Shown: positions 10,701 to 26,500, numbered from the stretch's first letter. The stretch: DNA of 64,000 bases from Auanema rhodensis (GCA_964057225.1 OZ059895.1:20646001-20710000); one strand, 5' to 3'. The notes: generated from the letters alone by a model not told the origin. Numbers and translations are program-made.

Positions 10701-13700
10701 TCGTTGAATAACATTGTCCATCGTCTTCGCCTTGAAAAAAGGAATCTAAAAACATCTACTTTTGCTAAATTATTTTGAAATTTTTCGAAAAAATTTTTGT
10801 CAAAATGTTTTTGGAAGCAATGTTGAGTGTACATGGAAACTCAACATACACTAATGCATCATTTTTCAAACGATCATAACTAATTTTTGTATTGAGCGTT
10901 TCTCATTGTAGTATAGTGCATTCGATGCGGATTTTTGAGCTGCGTCGATCTGTGTTATCAGATTTGCGCTAGCTTAAAAATGCACCGAGATATCAACTGA
11001 TATAAGTTCACACTTATATCCTCGATTTTCACCCTGAAGAATTAATTTTTTCGTTGAATAACAATGTCCATCGTCTTTGCCTTGAAAGAAGGAATCTAAA
11101 AACATCTACTTTTTGCTAAATTATTTTGAAATTTTTCGAAAAAATTTTTGTCAAAATGTTTTTGGAAGCAATGTTGAGTGTACATGGAAACTCAACATAC
11201 ACTAACGCATCATTTTTCAAACGATCATAACTAATTTTTGTATTAAGCGTTTCTCAATGTAGTACAGTGCATTCGATGCGGATTTTTAAGCTGCGTCGAT
11301 CTGTGTTATCAGATTTGCGCTAGCTTAAAAATGCACCGAGATATCAACTGATATAAGTTCACACTTACATCCTCGATTTTCACCCTGAAGAATTAATTTT
11401 TTCGTTGAATAACATTGTCCATCGTCTTCGCCTTGAAAAAAGGAATCTAAAAACATCTACTTTTGCTAAATTATTTTGAAATTTTTCGAAAAAATTTTTG
11501 TCAAAATGTTTTTGGAAGCAATGTTGAGTGTACATGGAAACTCAACATACACTAATGCATCATTTTTCAAACGATCATAACTAATTTTTGTATTGAGCGT
11601 TTCTCATTGTAGTATAGTGCATTCGATGCGGATTTTTGAGCTGCGTCGATCTGTGTTATCAGATTTGCGCTAGCTTAAAAATGCACCGAGATATCAACTG
11701 ATATAAGTTCACACTTATATCCTCGATTTTCACCCTGAAGAATTAATTTTTTCGTTGAATAACAATGTCCATCGTCTTTGCCTTGAAAAAAGGAATCTAA
11801 AAACATCTACTTTTTGCTAAATTATTTTGAAATTTTTCGAAAAAATTTTTGTCAAAATGTTTTTGGAAGCAATGTTGAGTGTACATGGAAACTCAACATA
11901 CACTAACGCATCATTTTTCAAACGATCATAACTAATTTTTGTATTAAGCGTTTCTCAATGTAGTATAGTGCATTCGATGCGGATTTTTAAGCTGCGTCGA
12001 TCTGTGTTATCAGATTTGCGCTAGCTTAAAAATGCACCGAGATATCAACTGATATAAGTTCACACTTATATCCTCGATTTTCACCCTGAAGAATTAATTT
12101 TTTCGTTGAATAACAATGTCCATCGTCTTTGCCTTGAAAAAAGGAATCTAAAAACATCTACTTTTTGCTAAATTATTCTGAAATTTTTCGAAAAAATTTT
12201 TGTCAAAATGTTTTTGGAAGCAATGTTGAGTGTACATGGAAACTCAACATACACTAACGCATCATTTTTCAAACGATCATAACTAATTTTTGTATTAAGC
12301 GTTTCTCAATGTAGTATAGTGCATTCGATGCGGATTTTTAAGCTGCGTCGATCTGTGTTATCAGATTTGCGCTAGCTTAAAAATGCACCGAGATATCAAC
12401 TGATATAAGTTCACACTTATATCCTCGATTTTCACCCTGAAGAATTAATTTTTTCGTTGAATAACATTGTCCATCGTCTTTGCCTTAAAAAAAAAAATCT
12501 GAAAACATCTACTTTTTGCTAAATTATTTTGAAATTTTTCGAAAAAATTTTTGTCAAAATGTTTTTGGAAGCAATGTTGAGTGTACATGGAAACTCAACA
12601 TACACTAATGCATCATTTTTCAAACGATCATAACTAATTTTTGTATTAAGCGTTTCTCAATGTAGTATAGTGCATTCGATGCGGATTTTTAAGCTGCGTC
12701 GATCTGTGTTATCAGATTTGCGCTAGCTTAAAAATGCACCGAGATATCAACTGATATAAGTTCACACTTACATCCTCGATTTTCACCCTGAAGAATTAAT
12801 TTTTTCGTTGAATAACATTGTCCATCGTCTTTGCCTTGAAAAAAGAAATCTAAAAACATCTACTTTTTGCTAAATTATTTTGAAATTTTTCGAAAAAATT
12901 TTTGTCAAAATGTTTTTGGAAGCAATGTTGAGTGTACATGGAAACTCAACATACACTAATGCATCATTTTTCAAACGATCATAACTAATTTTTGTATTGA
13001 GCGTTTCTCATTGTAGTATAGTGCATTCGATGCGGATTTTTGAGCTGCGTCGATCTGTGTTATCAGATTTGCGCTAGCTTAAAAATGCACCGAGATATCA
13101 ACTGATATAAGTTCACACTTATATCCTCGATTTTCACCCTGAAGAATTAATTTTTTCGTTGAATAACATTGTCCATCGTCTTTGCCTTGAAAAAAAAAAT
13201 CTGAAAACATCTACTTTTTGCTAAATTATTTTGAAATTTTTCGAAAAAATTTTTGTCAAAATGTTTTTGGAAGCAATGTTGAGTGTACATGGAAACTCAA
13301 CATACACTAATTCATCATTTTTCAAACGATCATAACTAATTTTTGTATTAAGCGTTTCTCAATGTAGTATAGTGCATTCGATGCGGATTTTTAAGCTGCG
13401 TCGATCTGTGTTATCAGATTTGCGCTAGCTTAAAAATGCACCGAGATATCAACTGATATAAGTTCACACTTATATCCTCGATTTTCACCCTGAAGAATTA
13501 ATTTTTTCGTTGAATAACATTGTCCATCGTCTTTGCCTTGAAAAAAGGAATCTAAAAACATCTACTTTTTGCTAAATTATTTTGAAATTTTTCGAAAAAA
13601 TTTTTGTCAAAATGTTTTTGGAAGCAATGTTGAGTGTACATGGAAACTCAACATACACTAATGCATCATTTTTCAAACGATCATAACTAATTTTTGTATT

Positions 13701-14034
13701 GAGCGTTTCTCATTGTAGTATAGTGCATTCGATGCGGATTTTTGAGCTGCGTCGATCTGTGTTATCAGATTTGCGCTAGCTTAAAAATGCACCGAGATAT
13801 CAACTGATATAAGTTCACACTTATATCCTCGATTTTCACCCTGAAGAATTAATTTTTTCGTTGAATAACAATGTCCATCGTCTTTGCCTTGAAAAAAGGA
13901 ATCTAAAAACATCTACTTTTTGCTAAATTATTTTGAAATTTTTCGAAAAAATTTTTGTCAAAATGTTTTTGGAAGCAATGTTGAGTGTACATGGAAACTC
14001 AACATACACTAACGCATCATTTTTCAAACGATCA
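1756..14034. repeat. Higher-order repeat, three copies: 12-mer (4210 bp), 11-mer (3859 bp), 12-mer (4210 bp)
   Basis: Private marker CAATTG (pos121 C>T) at 1876, 6086 and 9945. Marker AATTCATC (pos331 G>T) at 5243, 9102 and 13312. The order of monomer types is conserved, and the middle copy lacks the ATTCTG monomer. Confidence 0.92.
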
Positions 14035-16840
14035 TAACTAATTTTTGTATTAAGCGTTTCTCAATGTAGTATAGTGCATTCGATGCGGATTTTTAAGCTG
14101 CGTCGATCTGTGTTATCAGATTTGCGCTAGCTTAAAAATGCACCGAGATATCAACTGATATAAGTTCACACTTACATCTTCGATTTTCACCCTGAAGAAT
14201 TAATTTTTTCGTTGAATAACAATGTCCATCGTCTTTGCCTTGAAAAAAGGAATCTAAAAACATCTACTTTTTGCTAAATTATTTTGAAATTTTTCGAAAA
14301 AATTTTTGTCAAAATGTTTTTGGAAGCAATGTTGAGTGTACATGGAAACTCAACATACACTAACGCATCATTTTTCAAACGATCATAACTAATTTTTGTA
14401 TTAAGCGTTTCTCAATGTAGTATAGTGCATTCGATGCGGATTTTTAAGCTGCGTCGATCTGTGTTATCAGATTTGCGCTAGCTTAAAAATGCACCGAGAT
14501 ATCAACTGATATAAGTTCACACTTATATCCTCGATTTTCACCCTGAAGAATTAATTTTTTCGTTGAATAACATTGTCCATCGTCTTTGCCTTGAAAAAAG
14601 GAATCTAAAAACATCTACTTTTTGCTAAATTATTTTGAAATTTTTCGAAAAAATTTTTGTCAAAATGTTTTTGGAAGCAATGTTGAGTGTACATGGAAAC
14701 TCAACATACACTAACGCATCATTTTTCAAACGATCATAACTAATTTTTGTATTAAGCGTTTCTCAATGAAGTATAGTGCATTCGATGCGGATTTTTAAGC
14801 TGCGTCGATCTGTGTTATCAGATTTGCGCTAGCTTAAAAATGCACCGAGATATCAACTGATATAAGTTCACACTTATATCCTCGATTTTCACCCTGAAGA
14901 ATTAATTTTTTCGTTGAATAACATTGTCCATCGTCTTTGCCTTGAAAAAAGGAATCTAAAAACATCTACTTTTTGCTAAATTATTTTGAAATTTTTCGAA
15001 AAAATTTTTGTCAAAATGTTTTTGGAAGCAATGTTGAGTGTACATGGAAACTCAACATACACTAACGCATCATTTTTCAAACGATCATAACTAATTTTTG
15101 TATTAAGCGTTTCTCAATGTAGTATAGTGCATTCGATGCGGATTTTTAAGCCGCGTCGATCTGTGTTATCAGATTTGCGCTAGCTTAAAAATGCACCGAG
15201 ATATCAACTGATATAAGTTCACACTTACATCTTCGATTTTCACCCTGAAGAATTAATTTTTTCGTTGAATAACAATGTCCATCGTCTTTGCCTTGAAAAA
15301 AGGAATCTAAAAACATCTACTTTTTGCTAAATTATTTTGAAATTTTTCGAAAAAATTTTTGTCAAAATGTTTTTGGAAGCAATGTTGAGTGTACATGGAA
15401 ACTCAACATACACTAACGCATCATTTTTCAAACGATCATAACTAATTTTTGTATTAAGCGTTTCTCAATGTAGTATAGTGCATTCGATGCGGATTTTTAA
15501 GCTGCGTCGATCTGTGTTATCAGATTTGCGCTAGCTTAAAAATGCACCGAGATATCAACTGATATAAGTTCACACTTATATCCTCGATTTTCACCCTGAA
15601 GAATTAATTTTTTCGTTGAATAACATTGTCCATCGTCTTTGCCTTAAAAAAAAAAATCTGAAAACATCTACTTTTTGCTAAATTATTTTGAAATTTTTCG
15701 AAAAAATTTTTGTCAAAATGTTTTTGGAAGCAATGTTGAGTGTACATGGAAACTCAACATACACTAATGCATCATTTTTCAAACGATCATAACTAATTTT
15801 TGTATTAAGCGTTTCTCAATGTAGTATAGTGCATTCGATGCGGATTTTTAAGCTGCGTCGATCTGTGTTATCAGATTTGCGCTAGCTTAAAAATGCACCG
15901 AGATATCAACTGATATAAGTTCACACTTATATCCTCGATTTTCACCCTGAAGAATTAATTTTTTCGTTGAATAACAATGTCCATCGTCTTTGCCTTGAAA
16001 AAAGGAATCTAAAAACATCTACTTTTTGCTAAATTATTTTGAAATTTTTCGAAAAAATTTTTGTCAAAATGTTTTTGGAAGCAATGTTGAGTGTACATGG
16101 AAACTCAACATACACTAATGCATCATTTTTCAAACGATCATAACTAATTTTTGTATTAAGCGTTTCTCAATGTAGTATAGTGCATTCGATGCGGATTTTT
16201 AAGCTGCGTCGATCTGTGTTATCAGATTTGCGCTAGCTTAAAAATGCACCGAGATATCAACTGATATAAGTTCACACATATCCTCGATTTTCACCCTGAA
16301 GAATTAATTTTTTCGTTGAATAACATTGTCCATCGTCTTTGCCTTGAAAAAAGGAATCTAAAAACATCTACTTTTTGCTAAATTATTTTGAAATTTTTCG
16401 AAAAAATTTTTGTCAAAATGTTTTTGGAAGCAATGTTGAGTGTACATGGAAACTCAACATACACTAATGCATCATTTTTCAAACGATCATAACTAATTTT
16501 TGTATTGAGCGTTTCTCATTGAAGTATAGTGCATTCGATGCGGATTTTTAAGCTGCGTCGATCTGTGTTATCAGATTTGCGCTAGCTTAAAAATGCACCG
16601 AGATATCAACTGATATAAGTTCACACTTATATCCTCGATTTTCACCCTGAAGAATTAATTTTTTCGTTGAATAACATTGTCCATCGTCTTTGCCTTGAAA
16701 AAAGGAATCTAAAAACATCTACTTTTTGCTAAATTATTTTGAAATTTTTCGAAAAAATTTTTGTCAAAATGTTTTTGGAAGCAATGTTGAGTGTACATGG
16801 AAACTCAACATACACTAATGCATCATTTTTCAAACGATCA

Positions 16841-18239
16841 TAACTAATTTTTGTATTGAGCGTTTCTCATTGTAGTATAGTGCATTCGATGCGGATTTTT
16901 GAGCTGCGTCGATCTGTGTTATCAGATTTGCGCTAGCTTAAAAATGCACCGAGATATCAACTGATATAAGTTCACACTTATATCCTCGATTTTCACCCTG
17001 AAGAATTAATTTTTTCGTTGAATAATATTGTCCATCGTCTTTGCCTTAAAAAAAAAATCTGAAAACATCTACTTTTTGCTAAATTATTTTGAAATTTTTC
17101 GAAAAAATTTTTGTCAAAATGTTTTTGGAAGCAATGTTGAGTGTACATGGAAACTCAACATACACTAATGCATCATTTTTCAAACGATCATAACTAATTT
17201 TTGTATTGAGCGTTTCTCATTGTAGTATAGTGCATTCGATGCGGATTTTTGAGCTGCGTCGATCTGTGTAATCAGATTTGCGCTAGCTTAAAAATGCACC
17301 GAGATATCAACTGATATAAGTTCACACTTATATCCTCGATTTTCACCCTGAAGAATTAATTTTTTCGTTGAATAACATTGTCCATCGTCTTTGCCTTAAA
17401 AAAAAAATCTGAAAACATCTACTTTTTGCTAAATTATTTTGAAATTTTTCGAAAAAATTTTTGTCAAAATGTTTTTGGAAGCAATGTTGAGTGTACATGG
17501 AAACTCAACATACACTAATGCATCATTTTTCAAACGATCATAACTAATTTTTGTATTGAGCGTTTCTCATTGTAGTATAGTGCATTCGATGCGGATTTTT
17601 GAGCTGCGTCGATCTGTGTTATCAGATTTGCGCTAGCTTAAAATGCACCGAGATATCAACTGATATAAGTTCACACTTATATCCTCGATTTTCACCCTGA
17701 AGAATTAATTTTTTCGTTGAATAATATTGTCCATCGTCTTTGCCTTAAAAAAAAAATCTGAAAACATCTACTTTTTGCTAAATTATTTTGAAATTTTTCG
17801 AAAAAATTTTTGTCAAAATGTTTTTGGAAGCAATGTTGAGTGTACATGGAAACTCAACATACACTAATGCATCATTTTTCAAACGATCATAACTAATTTT
17901 TGTATTGAGCGTTTCTCATTGTAGTATAGTGCATTCGATGCGGATTTTTGAGCTGCGTCGATCTGTGTAATCAGATTTGCGCTAGCTTAAAAATGCACCG
18001 AGATATCAACTGATATAAGTTCACACTTATATCCTCGATTTTCACCCTGAAGAATTAATTTTTTCGTTGAATAACATTGTCCATCGTCTTTGCCTTAAAA
18101 AAAAAATCTGAAAACATCTACTTTTTGCTAAATTATTTTGAAATTTTTCGAAAAAATTTTTGTCAAAATGTTTTTGGAAGCAATGTTGAGTGTACATGGA
18201 AACTCAACATACACTAATGCATCATTTTTCAAACGATCA
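16841..18239. repeat. Dimer higher-order repeat (~700 bp x2) of shortened monomers
   Basis: AATAATATT monomers (start 16841, 17541) alternate with GTGTAATC monomers (17191, 17890). All four carry a 1-bp-shorter A tract. Confidence 0.85.
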
Positions 18240-21047
18240 TAACTAATTTTTGTATTAAGCGTTTCTCAATGTAGTATAGTGCATTCGATGCGGATTTTTA
18301 AGCTGCGTCGATCTGTGTTATCAGATTTGCGCTAGCTTAAAAATGCACCGAGATATCAACTGATATAAGTTCACACTTATATCCTCGATTTTCACCCTGA
18401 AGAATTAATTTTTTCGTTGAATAACATTGTCCATCGTCTTTGCCTTGAAAAAAAAAATCTGAAAACATCTACTTTTTGCTAAATTATTTTGAAATTTTTC
18501 GAAAAAATTTTTGTCAAAATGTTTTTGGAAGCAATGTTGAGTGTACATGGAAACTCAACATACACTAATGCATCATTTTTCAAACGATCATAACTAATTT
18601 TTGTATTAAGCGTTTCTCAATGTAGTATAGTGCATTCGATGCGGATTTTTAAGCTGCGTCGATCTGTGTTATCAGATTTGCGCTAGCTTAAAAATGCACC
18701 GAGATATCAACTGATATAAGTTCACACTTATATCCTCGATTTTCACCCTGAAGAATTAATTTTTTCGTTGAATAACATTGTCCATCGTCTTTGCCTTGAA
18801 AAAAGGAATCTAAAAACATCTACTTTTTGCTAAATTATTTTGAAATTTTTCGAAAAAATTTTTGTCAAAATGTTTTTGGAAGCAATGTTGAGTGTACATG
18901 GAAACTCAACATACACTAATGCATCATTTTTCAAACGATCATAACTAATTTTTGTATTGAGCGTTTCTCATTGTAGTATAGTGCATTCGATGCGGATTTT
19001 TAAGCTGCGTCGATCTGTGTTATCAGATTTGCGCTAGCTTAAAAATGCACCGAGATATCAACTGATATAAGTTCACACTTATATCCTCGATTTTCACCCT
19101 GAAGAATTAATTTTTTCGTTGAATAACATTGTCCATCGTCTTTGCCTTGAAAAAAAAAATCTGAAAACATCTACTTTTTGCTAAATTATTTTGAAATTTT
19201 TCGAAAAAATTTTTGTCAAAATGTTTTTGGAAGCAATGTTGAGTGTACATGGAAACTCAACATACACTAATGCATCATTTTTCAAACGATCATAACTAAT
19301 TTTTGTATTAAGCGTTTCTCAATGTAGTATAGTGCATTCGATGCGGATTTTTAAGCTGCGTCGATCTGTGTTATCAGATTTGCGCTAGCTTAAAAATGCA
19401 CCGAGATATCAACTGATATAAGTTCACACTTATATCCTCGATTTTCACCCTGAAGAATTAATTTTTTCGTTGAATAACATTGTCCATCGTCTTTGCCTTG
19501 AAAAAAAAAATCTGAAAACATCTACTTTTTGCTAAATTATTTTGAAATTTTTCGAAAAAATTTTTGTCAAAATGTTTTTGGAAGCAATGTTGAGTGTACA
19601 TGGAAACTCAACATACACTAATGCATCATTTTTCAAACGATCATAACTAATTTTTGTATTGAGCGTTTCTCATTGTAGTATAGTGCATTCGATGCGGATT
19701 TTTGAGCTGCGTCGATCTGTGTTATCAGATTTGCGCTAGCTTAAAAATGCACCGAGATATCAACTGATATAAGTTCACACTTATATCCTCGATTTTCACC
19801 CTGAAGAATTAATTTTTTCGTTGAATAACAATGTCCATCGTCTTTGCCTTGAAAAAAGGAATCTAAAAACATCTACTTTTTGCTAAATTATTTTGAAATT
19901 TTTCGAAAAAATTTTTGTCAAAATGTTTTTGGAAGCAATGTTGAGTGTACATGGAAACTCAACATACACTAATGCATCATTTTTCAAACGATCATAACTA
20001 ATTTTTGTATTGAGCGTTTCTCATTGTAGTATAGTGCATTCGATGCGGATTTTTGAGCTGCGTCGATCTGTGTTATCAGATTTGCGCTAGCTTAAAAATG
20101 CACCGAGATATCAACTGATATAAGTTCACACTTATATCCTCGATTTTCACCCTGAAGAATTAATTTTTTCGTTGAATAACAATGTCCATCGTCTTTGCCT
20201 TGAAAAAAGGAATCTAAAAACATCTACTTTTTGCTAAATTATTTTGAAATTTTTCGAAAAAATTTTTGTCAAAATGTTTTTGGAAGCAATGTTGAGTGTA
20301 CATGGAAACTCAACATACACTAACGCATCATTTTTCAAACGATCATAACTAATTTTTGTATTAAGCGTTTCTCAATGTAGTATAGTGCATTCGATGCGGA
20401 TTTTTAAGCTGCGTCGATCTGTGTTATCAGATTTGCGCTAGCTTAAAAATGCACCGAGATATCAACTGATATATGTTCACACTTATATCCTCGATTTTCA
20501 CCCTGAAGAAATTATTTTTTCGTTGAATAACATTGTCCATCGTCTTTGCCTTGAAAAAAAAAATCTGAAAACATCTACTTTTTGCTAAATTATTTTGAAA
20601 TTTTTCGAAAAAATTTTTGTCAAAATGTTTTTGGAAGCAATGTTGAGTGTACATGGAAACTCAACATACACTAATGCATCATTTTTCAAACGATCATAAC
20701 TAATTTTTGTATTGAGCGTTTCTCATTGTAGTATAGTGCATTCGATGCGGATTTTTGAGCTGCGTCGATCTGTGTTATCAGATTTGCGCTAGCTTAAAAA
20801 TGCACCGAGATATCAACTGATATAAGTTCACACTTATATCCTCGATTTTCACCCTGAAGAATTAATTTTTTCGTTGAATAACATTGTCCATCGTCTTTGC
20901 CTTGAAAAAAAAAATCTGAAAACATCTACTTTTTGCTAAATTATTTTGAAATTTTTCGAAAAAATTTTTGTCAAAATGTTTTTGGAAGCAATGTTGAGTG
21001 TACATGGAAACTCAACATACACTAACGCATCATTTTTCAAACGATCA

Positions 21048-23153
21048 TAACTAATTTTTGTATTAAGCGTTTCTCAATGTAGTATAGTGCATTCGATGCG
21101 GATTTTTAAGCTGCGTCGATCTGTGTTATCAGATTTGCGCTAGCTTAAAAATGCACCGAGATATCAACTGATATAAGTTCACACTTATATCCTCGATTTT
21201 CACCCTGAAGAATTAATTTTTTCGTTGAATAACATTGTCCATCGTCTTTGCCTTGAAAAAAGGAATCTAAAAACATCTACTTTTTGCTAAATTATTTTGA
21301 AATTTTTCGAAAAAATTTTTGTCAAAATGTTTTTGGAAGCAATGTTGAGTGTACATGGAAACTCAACATACACTAATGCATCATTTTTCAAACGATCATA
21401 ACTAATTTTTGTATTGAGCGTTTCTCATTGTAGTATAGTGCATTCGATGCGGATTTTTGAGCTGCGTCGATCTGTGTTATCAGATTTGCGCTAGCTTAAA
21501 AATGCACCGAGATATCAACTGATATAAGTTCACACTTATATCCTCGATTTTCACCCTGAAGAATTAATTTTTTCGTTGAATAACAATGTCCATCGTCTTT
21601 GCCTTGAAAAAAGGAATCTAAAAACATCTACTTTTTGCTAAATTATTCTGAAATTTTTCGAAAAAATTTTTGTCAAAATGTTTTTGGAAGCAATGTTGAG
21701 TGTACATGGAAACTCAACATACACTAACGCATCATTTTTCAAACGATCATAACTAATTTTTGTATTAAGCGTTTCTCAATGTAGTATAGTGCATTCGATG
21801 CGGATTTTTAAGCTGCGTCGATCTGTGTTATCAGATTTGCGCTAGCTTAAAAATGCACCGAGATATCAACTGATATAAGTTCACACTTACATCTTCGATT
21901 TTCACCCTGAAGAATTAATTTTTTCGTTGAATAACATTGTCCATCGTCTTTGCCTTGAAAAAAGGAATCTAAAAACATCTACTTTTTGCTAAATTATTTT
22001 GAAATTTTTCGAAAAAATTTTTGTCAAAATGTTTTTGGAAGCAATGTTGAGTGTACATGGAAACTCAACATACACTAATGCATCATTTTTCAAACGATCA
22101 TAACTAATTTTTGTATTAAGCGTTTCTCAATGTAGTATAGTGCATTCGATGCGGATTTTTAAGCTGCGTCGATCTGTGTTATCAGATTTGCGCTAGCTTA
22201 AAAATGCACCGAGATATCAACTGATATAAGTTCACACTTATATCCTCGATTTTCACCCTGAAGAATTAATTTTTTCGTTGAATAACATTGTCCATCGTCT
22301 TTGCCTTGAAAAAAGGAATCTAAAAACATCTACTTTTTGCTAAATTATTTTGAAATTTTTCGAAAAAATTTTTGTCAAAATGTTTTTGGAAGCAATGTTG
22401 AGTGTACATGGAAACTCAACATACACTAATGCATCATTTTTCAAACGATCATAACTAATTTTTGTATTGAGCGTTTCTCATTGTAGTATAGTGCATTCGA
22501 TGCGGATTTTTGAGCTGCGTCGATCTGTGTTATCAGATTTGCGCTAGCTTAAAAATGCACCGAGATATCAACTGATATAAGTTCACACTTATATCCTCGA
22601 TTTTCACCCTGAAGAATTAATTTTTTCGTTGAATAACAATGTCCATCGTCTTTGCCTTGAAAAAAGGAATCTAAAAACATCTACTTTTTGCTAAATTATT
22701 TTGAAATTTTTCGAAAAAATTTTTGTCAAAATGTTTTTGGAAGCAATGTTGAGTGTACATGGAAACTCAACATACACTAACGCATCATTTTTCAAACGAT
22801 CATAACTAATTTTTGTATTAAGCGTTTCTCAATGTAGTATAGTGCATTCGATGCGGATTTTTAAGCTGCGTCGATCTGTGTTATCAGATTTGCGCTAGCT
22901 TAAAAATGCACCGAGATATCAACTGATATAAGTTCACACTTACATCTTCGATTTTCACCCTGAAAAATTAATTTTTTCGTTGAATAACATTGTCCATCGT
23001 CTTTGCCTTGAAAAAAGGAATCTAAAAACATCTACTTTTTGCTAAATTATTTTGAAATTTTTCGAAAAAATTTTTGTCAAAATGTTTTTGGAAGCAATGT
23101 TGAGTGTACATGGAAACTCAACATACACTAATGCATCATTTTTCAAACGATCA
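21048..23153. repeat. Trimer higher-order repeat (1053 bp x2)
   Basis: TTACATCTTCG monomers start at 21750 and 22803, each preceded by the same two monomer types. Confidence 0.7.
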
Positions 23154-23504
23154 TAACTAATTTTTGTATTAAGCGTTTCTCAATGTAGTATAGTGCATTC
23201 GATGCGGATTTTTAAGCTGCGTCGATCTGTGTTATCAGATTTGCGCTAGCTTAAAAATGCACCGAGATATCAACTGATATAAGTTCACACTTATATCCTC
23301 GATTTTCACCCTGAAGAATTAATTTTTTCGTTGAATAACATTGTCCATCGTCTTTGCCTTGAAAAAAGGAATCTAAAAACATCTACTTTTTGCTAAATTA
23401 TTTTGAAATTTTTCGAAAAAATTTTTGTCAAAATGTTTTTGGAAGCAATGTTGAGTGTACATGGAAACTCAACATACACTAATGCATCATTTTTCAAACG
23501 ATCA

Positions 23505-26500
23505 TAACTAATTTTTGTATTGAGCGTTTCTCATTGTAGTATAGTGCATTCGATGCGGATTTTTGAGCTGCGTCGATCTGTGTTATCAGATTTGCGCTAG
23601 CTTAAAAATGCACCGAGATATCAACTGATATAAGTTCACACTTATATCCTCGATTTTCACCCTGAAGAATTAATTTTTTCGTTGAATAACATTGTCCATC
23701 GTCTTTGCCTTGAAAAAAGGAATCTAAAAACATCTACTTTTTGCTAAATTATTTTGAAATTTTTCGAAAAAATTTTTGTCAAAATGTTTTTGGAAGCAAT
23801 GTTGAGTGTACATGGAAACTCAACATACACTAATGCATCATTTTTCAAACGATCATAACTAATTTTTGTATTGAGCGTTTCTCATTGTAGTATAGTGCAT
23901 TCGATGCGGATTTTTGAGCTGCGTCGATCTGTGTTATCAGATTTGCGCTAGCTTAAAAATGCACCGAGATATCAACTGATATAAGTTCACACTTATATCC
24001 TCGATTTTCACCCTGAAGAATTAATTTTTTCGTTGAATAACAATGTCCATCGTCTTTGCCTTGAAAAAAGGAATCTAAAAACATCTACTTTTTGCTAAAT
24101 TATTTTGAAATTTTTCGAAAAAATTTTTGTCAAAATGTTTTTGGAAGCAATGTTGAGTGTACATGGAAACTCAACATACACTAACGCATCATTTTTCAAA
24201 CGATCATAACTAATTTTTGTATTAAGCGTTTCTCAATGTAGTATAGTGCATTCGATGCGGATTTTTAAGCTGCGTCGATCTGTGTTATCAGATTTGCGCT
24301 AGCTTAAAAATGCACCGAGATATCAACTGATATAAGTTCACACTTATATCCTCGATTTTCACCCTGAAGAATTAATTTTTTCGTTGAATAACATTGTCCA
24401 TCGTCTTTGCCTTAAAAAAAAAAATCTGAAAACATCTACTTTTTGCTAAATTATTTTGAAATTTTTCGAAAAAATTTTTGTCAAAATGTTTTTGGAAGCA
24501 ATGTTGAGTGTACATGGAAACTCAACATACACTAATGCATCATTTTTCAAACGATCATAACTAATTTTTGTATTAAGCGTTTCTCAATGTAGTATAGTGC
24601 ATTCGATGCGGATTTTTAAGCTGCGTCGATCTGTGTTATCAGATTTGCGCTAGCTTAAAAATGCACCGAGATAACAACTGATATAAGTTCACACTTATAT
24701 CCTCGATTTTCACCCTGAAGAATTAATTTTTTCGTTGAATAACAATGTCCATCGTCTTTGCCTTGAAAAAAGGAATCTAAAAACATCTACTTTTTGCTAA
24801 ATTATTTTGAAATTTTTCGAAAAAATTTTTGTCAAAATGTTTTTGGAAGCAATGTTGAGTGTACATGGAAACTCCACATACACTAACGCATCATTTTTCA
24901 AACGATCATAACTAATTTTTGTATTAAGCGTTTCTCAATGTAGTATAGTGCATTCGATGCGGATTTTTAAGCTGCGTCGATCTGTGTTATCAGATTTGCG
25001 CTAGCTTAAAAATGCACCGAGATATCAACTGATATATGTTCACACTTATATCCTCGATTTTCACCCTGAAGAAATTATTTTTTCGTTGAATAACATTGTC
25101 CATCGTCTTTGCCTTGAAAAAAAAAATCTGAAAACATCTACTTTTTGCTAAATTATTTTGAAATTTTTCGAAAAAATTTTTGTCAAAATGTTTTTGGAAG
25201 CAATGTTGAGTGTACATGGAAACTCAACATACACTAATGCATCATTTTTCAAACGATCATAACTAATTTTTGTATTGAGCGTTTCTCATTGTAGTATAGT
25301 GCATTCGATGCGGATTTTTGAGCTGCGTCGATCTGTGTTATCAGATTTGCGCTAGCTTAAAAATGCACCGAGATATCAACTGATATAAGTTCACACTTAT
25401 ATCCTCGATTTTCACCCTGAAGAATTAATTTTTTCGTTGAATAACATTGTCCATCGTCTTTGCCTTGAAAAAAGGAATCTAAAAACATCTACTTTTTGCT
25501 AAATTATTTTGAAATTTTTCGAAAAAATTTTTGTCAAAATGTTTTTGGAAGCAATGTTGAGTGTACATGGAAACTCAACATACACTAATGCATCATTTTT
25601 CAAACGATCATAACTAATTTTTGTATTGAGCGTTTCTCATTGTAGTATAGTGCATTCGATGCGGATTTTTGAGCTGCGTCGATCTGTGTTATCAGATTTG
25701 CGCTAGCTTAAAAATGCACCGAGATATCAACTGATATAAGTTCACACTTATATCCTCGATTTTCACCCTGAAGAATTAATTTTTTCGTTGAATAACAATG
25801 TCCATCGTCTTTGCCTTGAAAAAAGGAATCTAAAAACATCTACTTTTTGCTAAATTATTTTGAAATTTTTCGAAAAAATTTTTGTCAAAATGTTTTTGGA
25901 AGCAATGTTGAGTGTACATGGAAACTCAACATACACTAACGCATCATTTTTCAAACGATCATAACTAATTTTTGTATTAAGCGTTTCTCAATGTAGTATA
26001 GTGCATTCGATGCGGATTTTTAAGCTGCGTCGATCTGTGTTATCAGATTTGCGCTAGCTTAAAAATGCACCGAGATATCAACTGATATAAGTTCACACTT
26101 ATATCCTCGATTTTCACCCTGAAGAATTAATTTTTTCGTTGAATAACATTGTCCATCGTCTTTGCCTTAAAAAAAAAATCTGAAAACATCTACTTTTTGC
26201 TAAATTATTTTGAAATTTTTCGAAAAAATTTTTGTCAAAATGTTTTTGGAAGCAATGTTGAGTGTACATGGAAACTCAACATACACTAATGCATCATTTT
26301 TCAAACGATCATAACTAATTTTTGTATTAAGCGTTTCTCAATGTAGTATAGTGCATTCGATGCGGATTTTTAAGCTGCGTCGATCTGTGTTATCAGATTT
26401 GCGCTAGCTTAAAAATGCACCGAGATAACAACTGATATAAGTTCACACTTATATCCTCGATTTTCACCCTGAAGAATTAATTTTTTCGTTGAATAACAAT

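Noticed and set aside
20427-20654. 75-aa minus-strand ORF (identical copy at 24990-25217)
   Set aside because: It lies wholly within a satellite monomer and is open only because point variants remove stop codons. The F/K/N-rich composition reflects A/T tracts, there is no recognisable domain, and the frame is closed in almost all other monomers.
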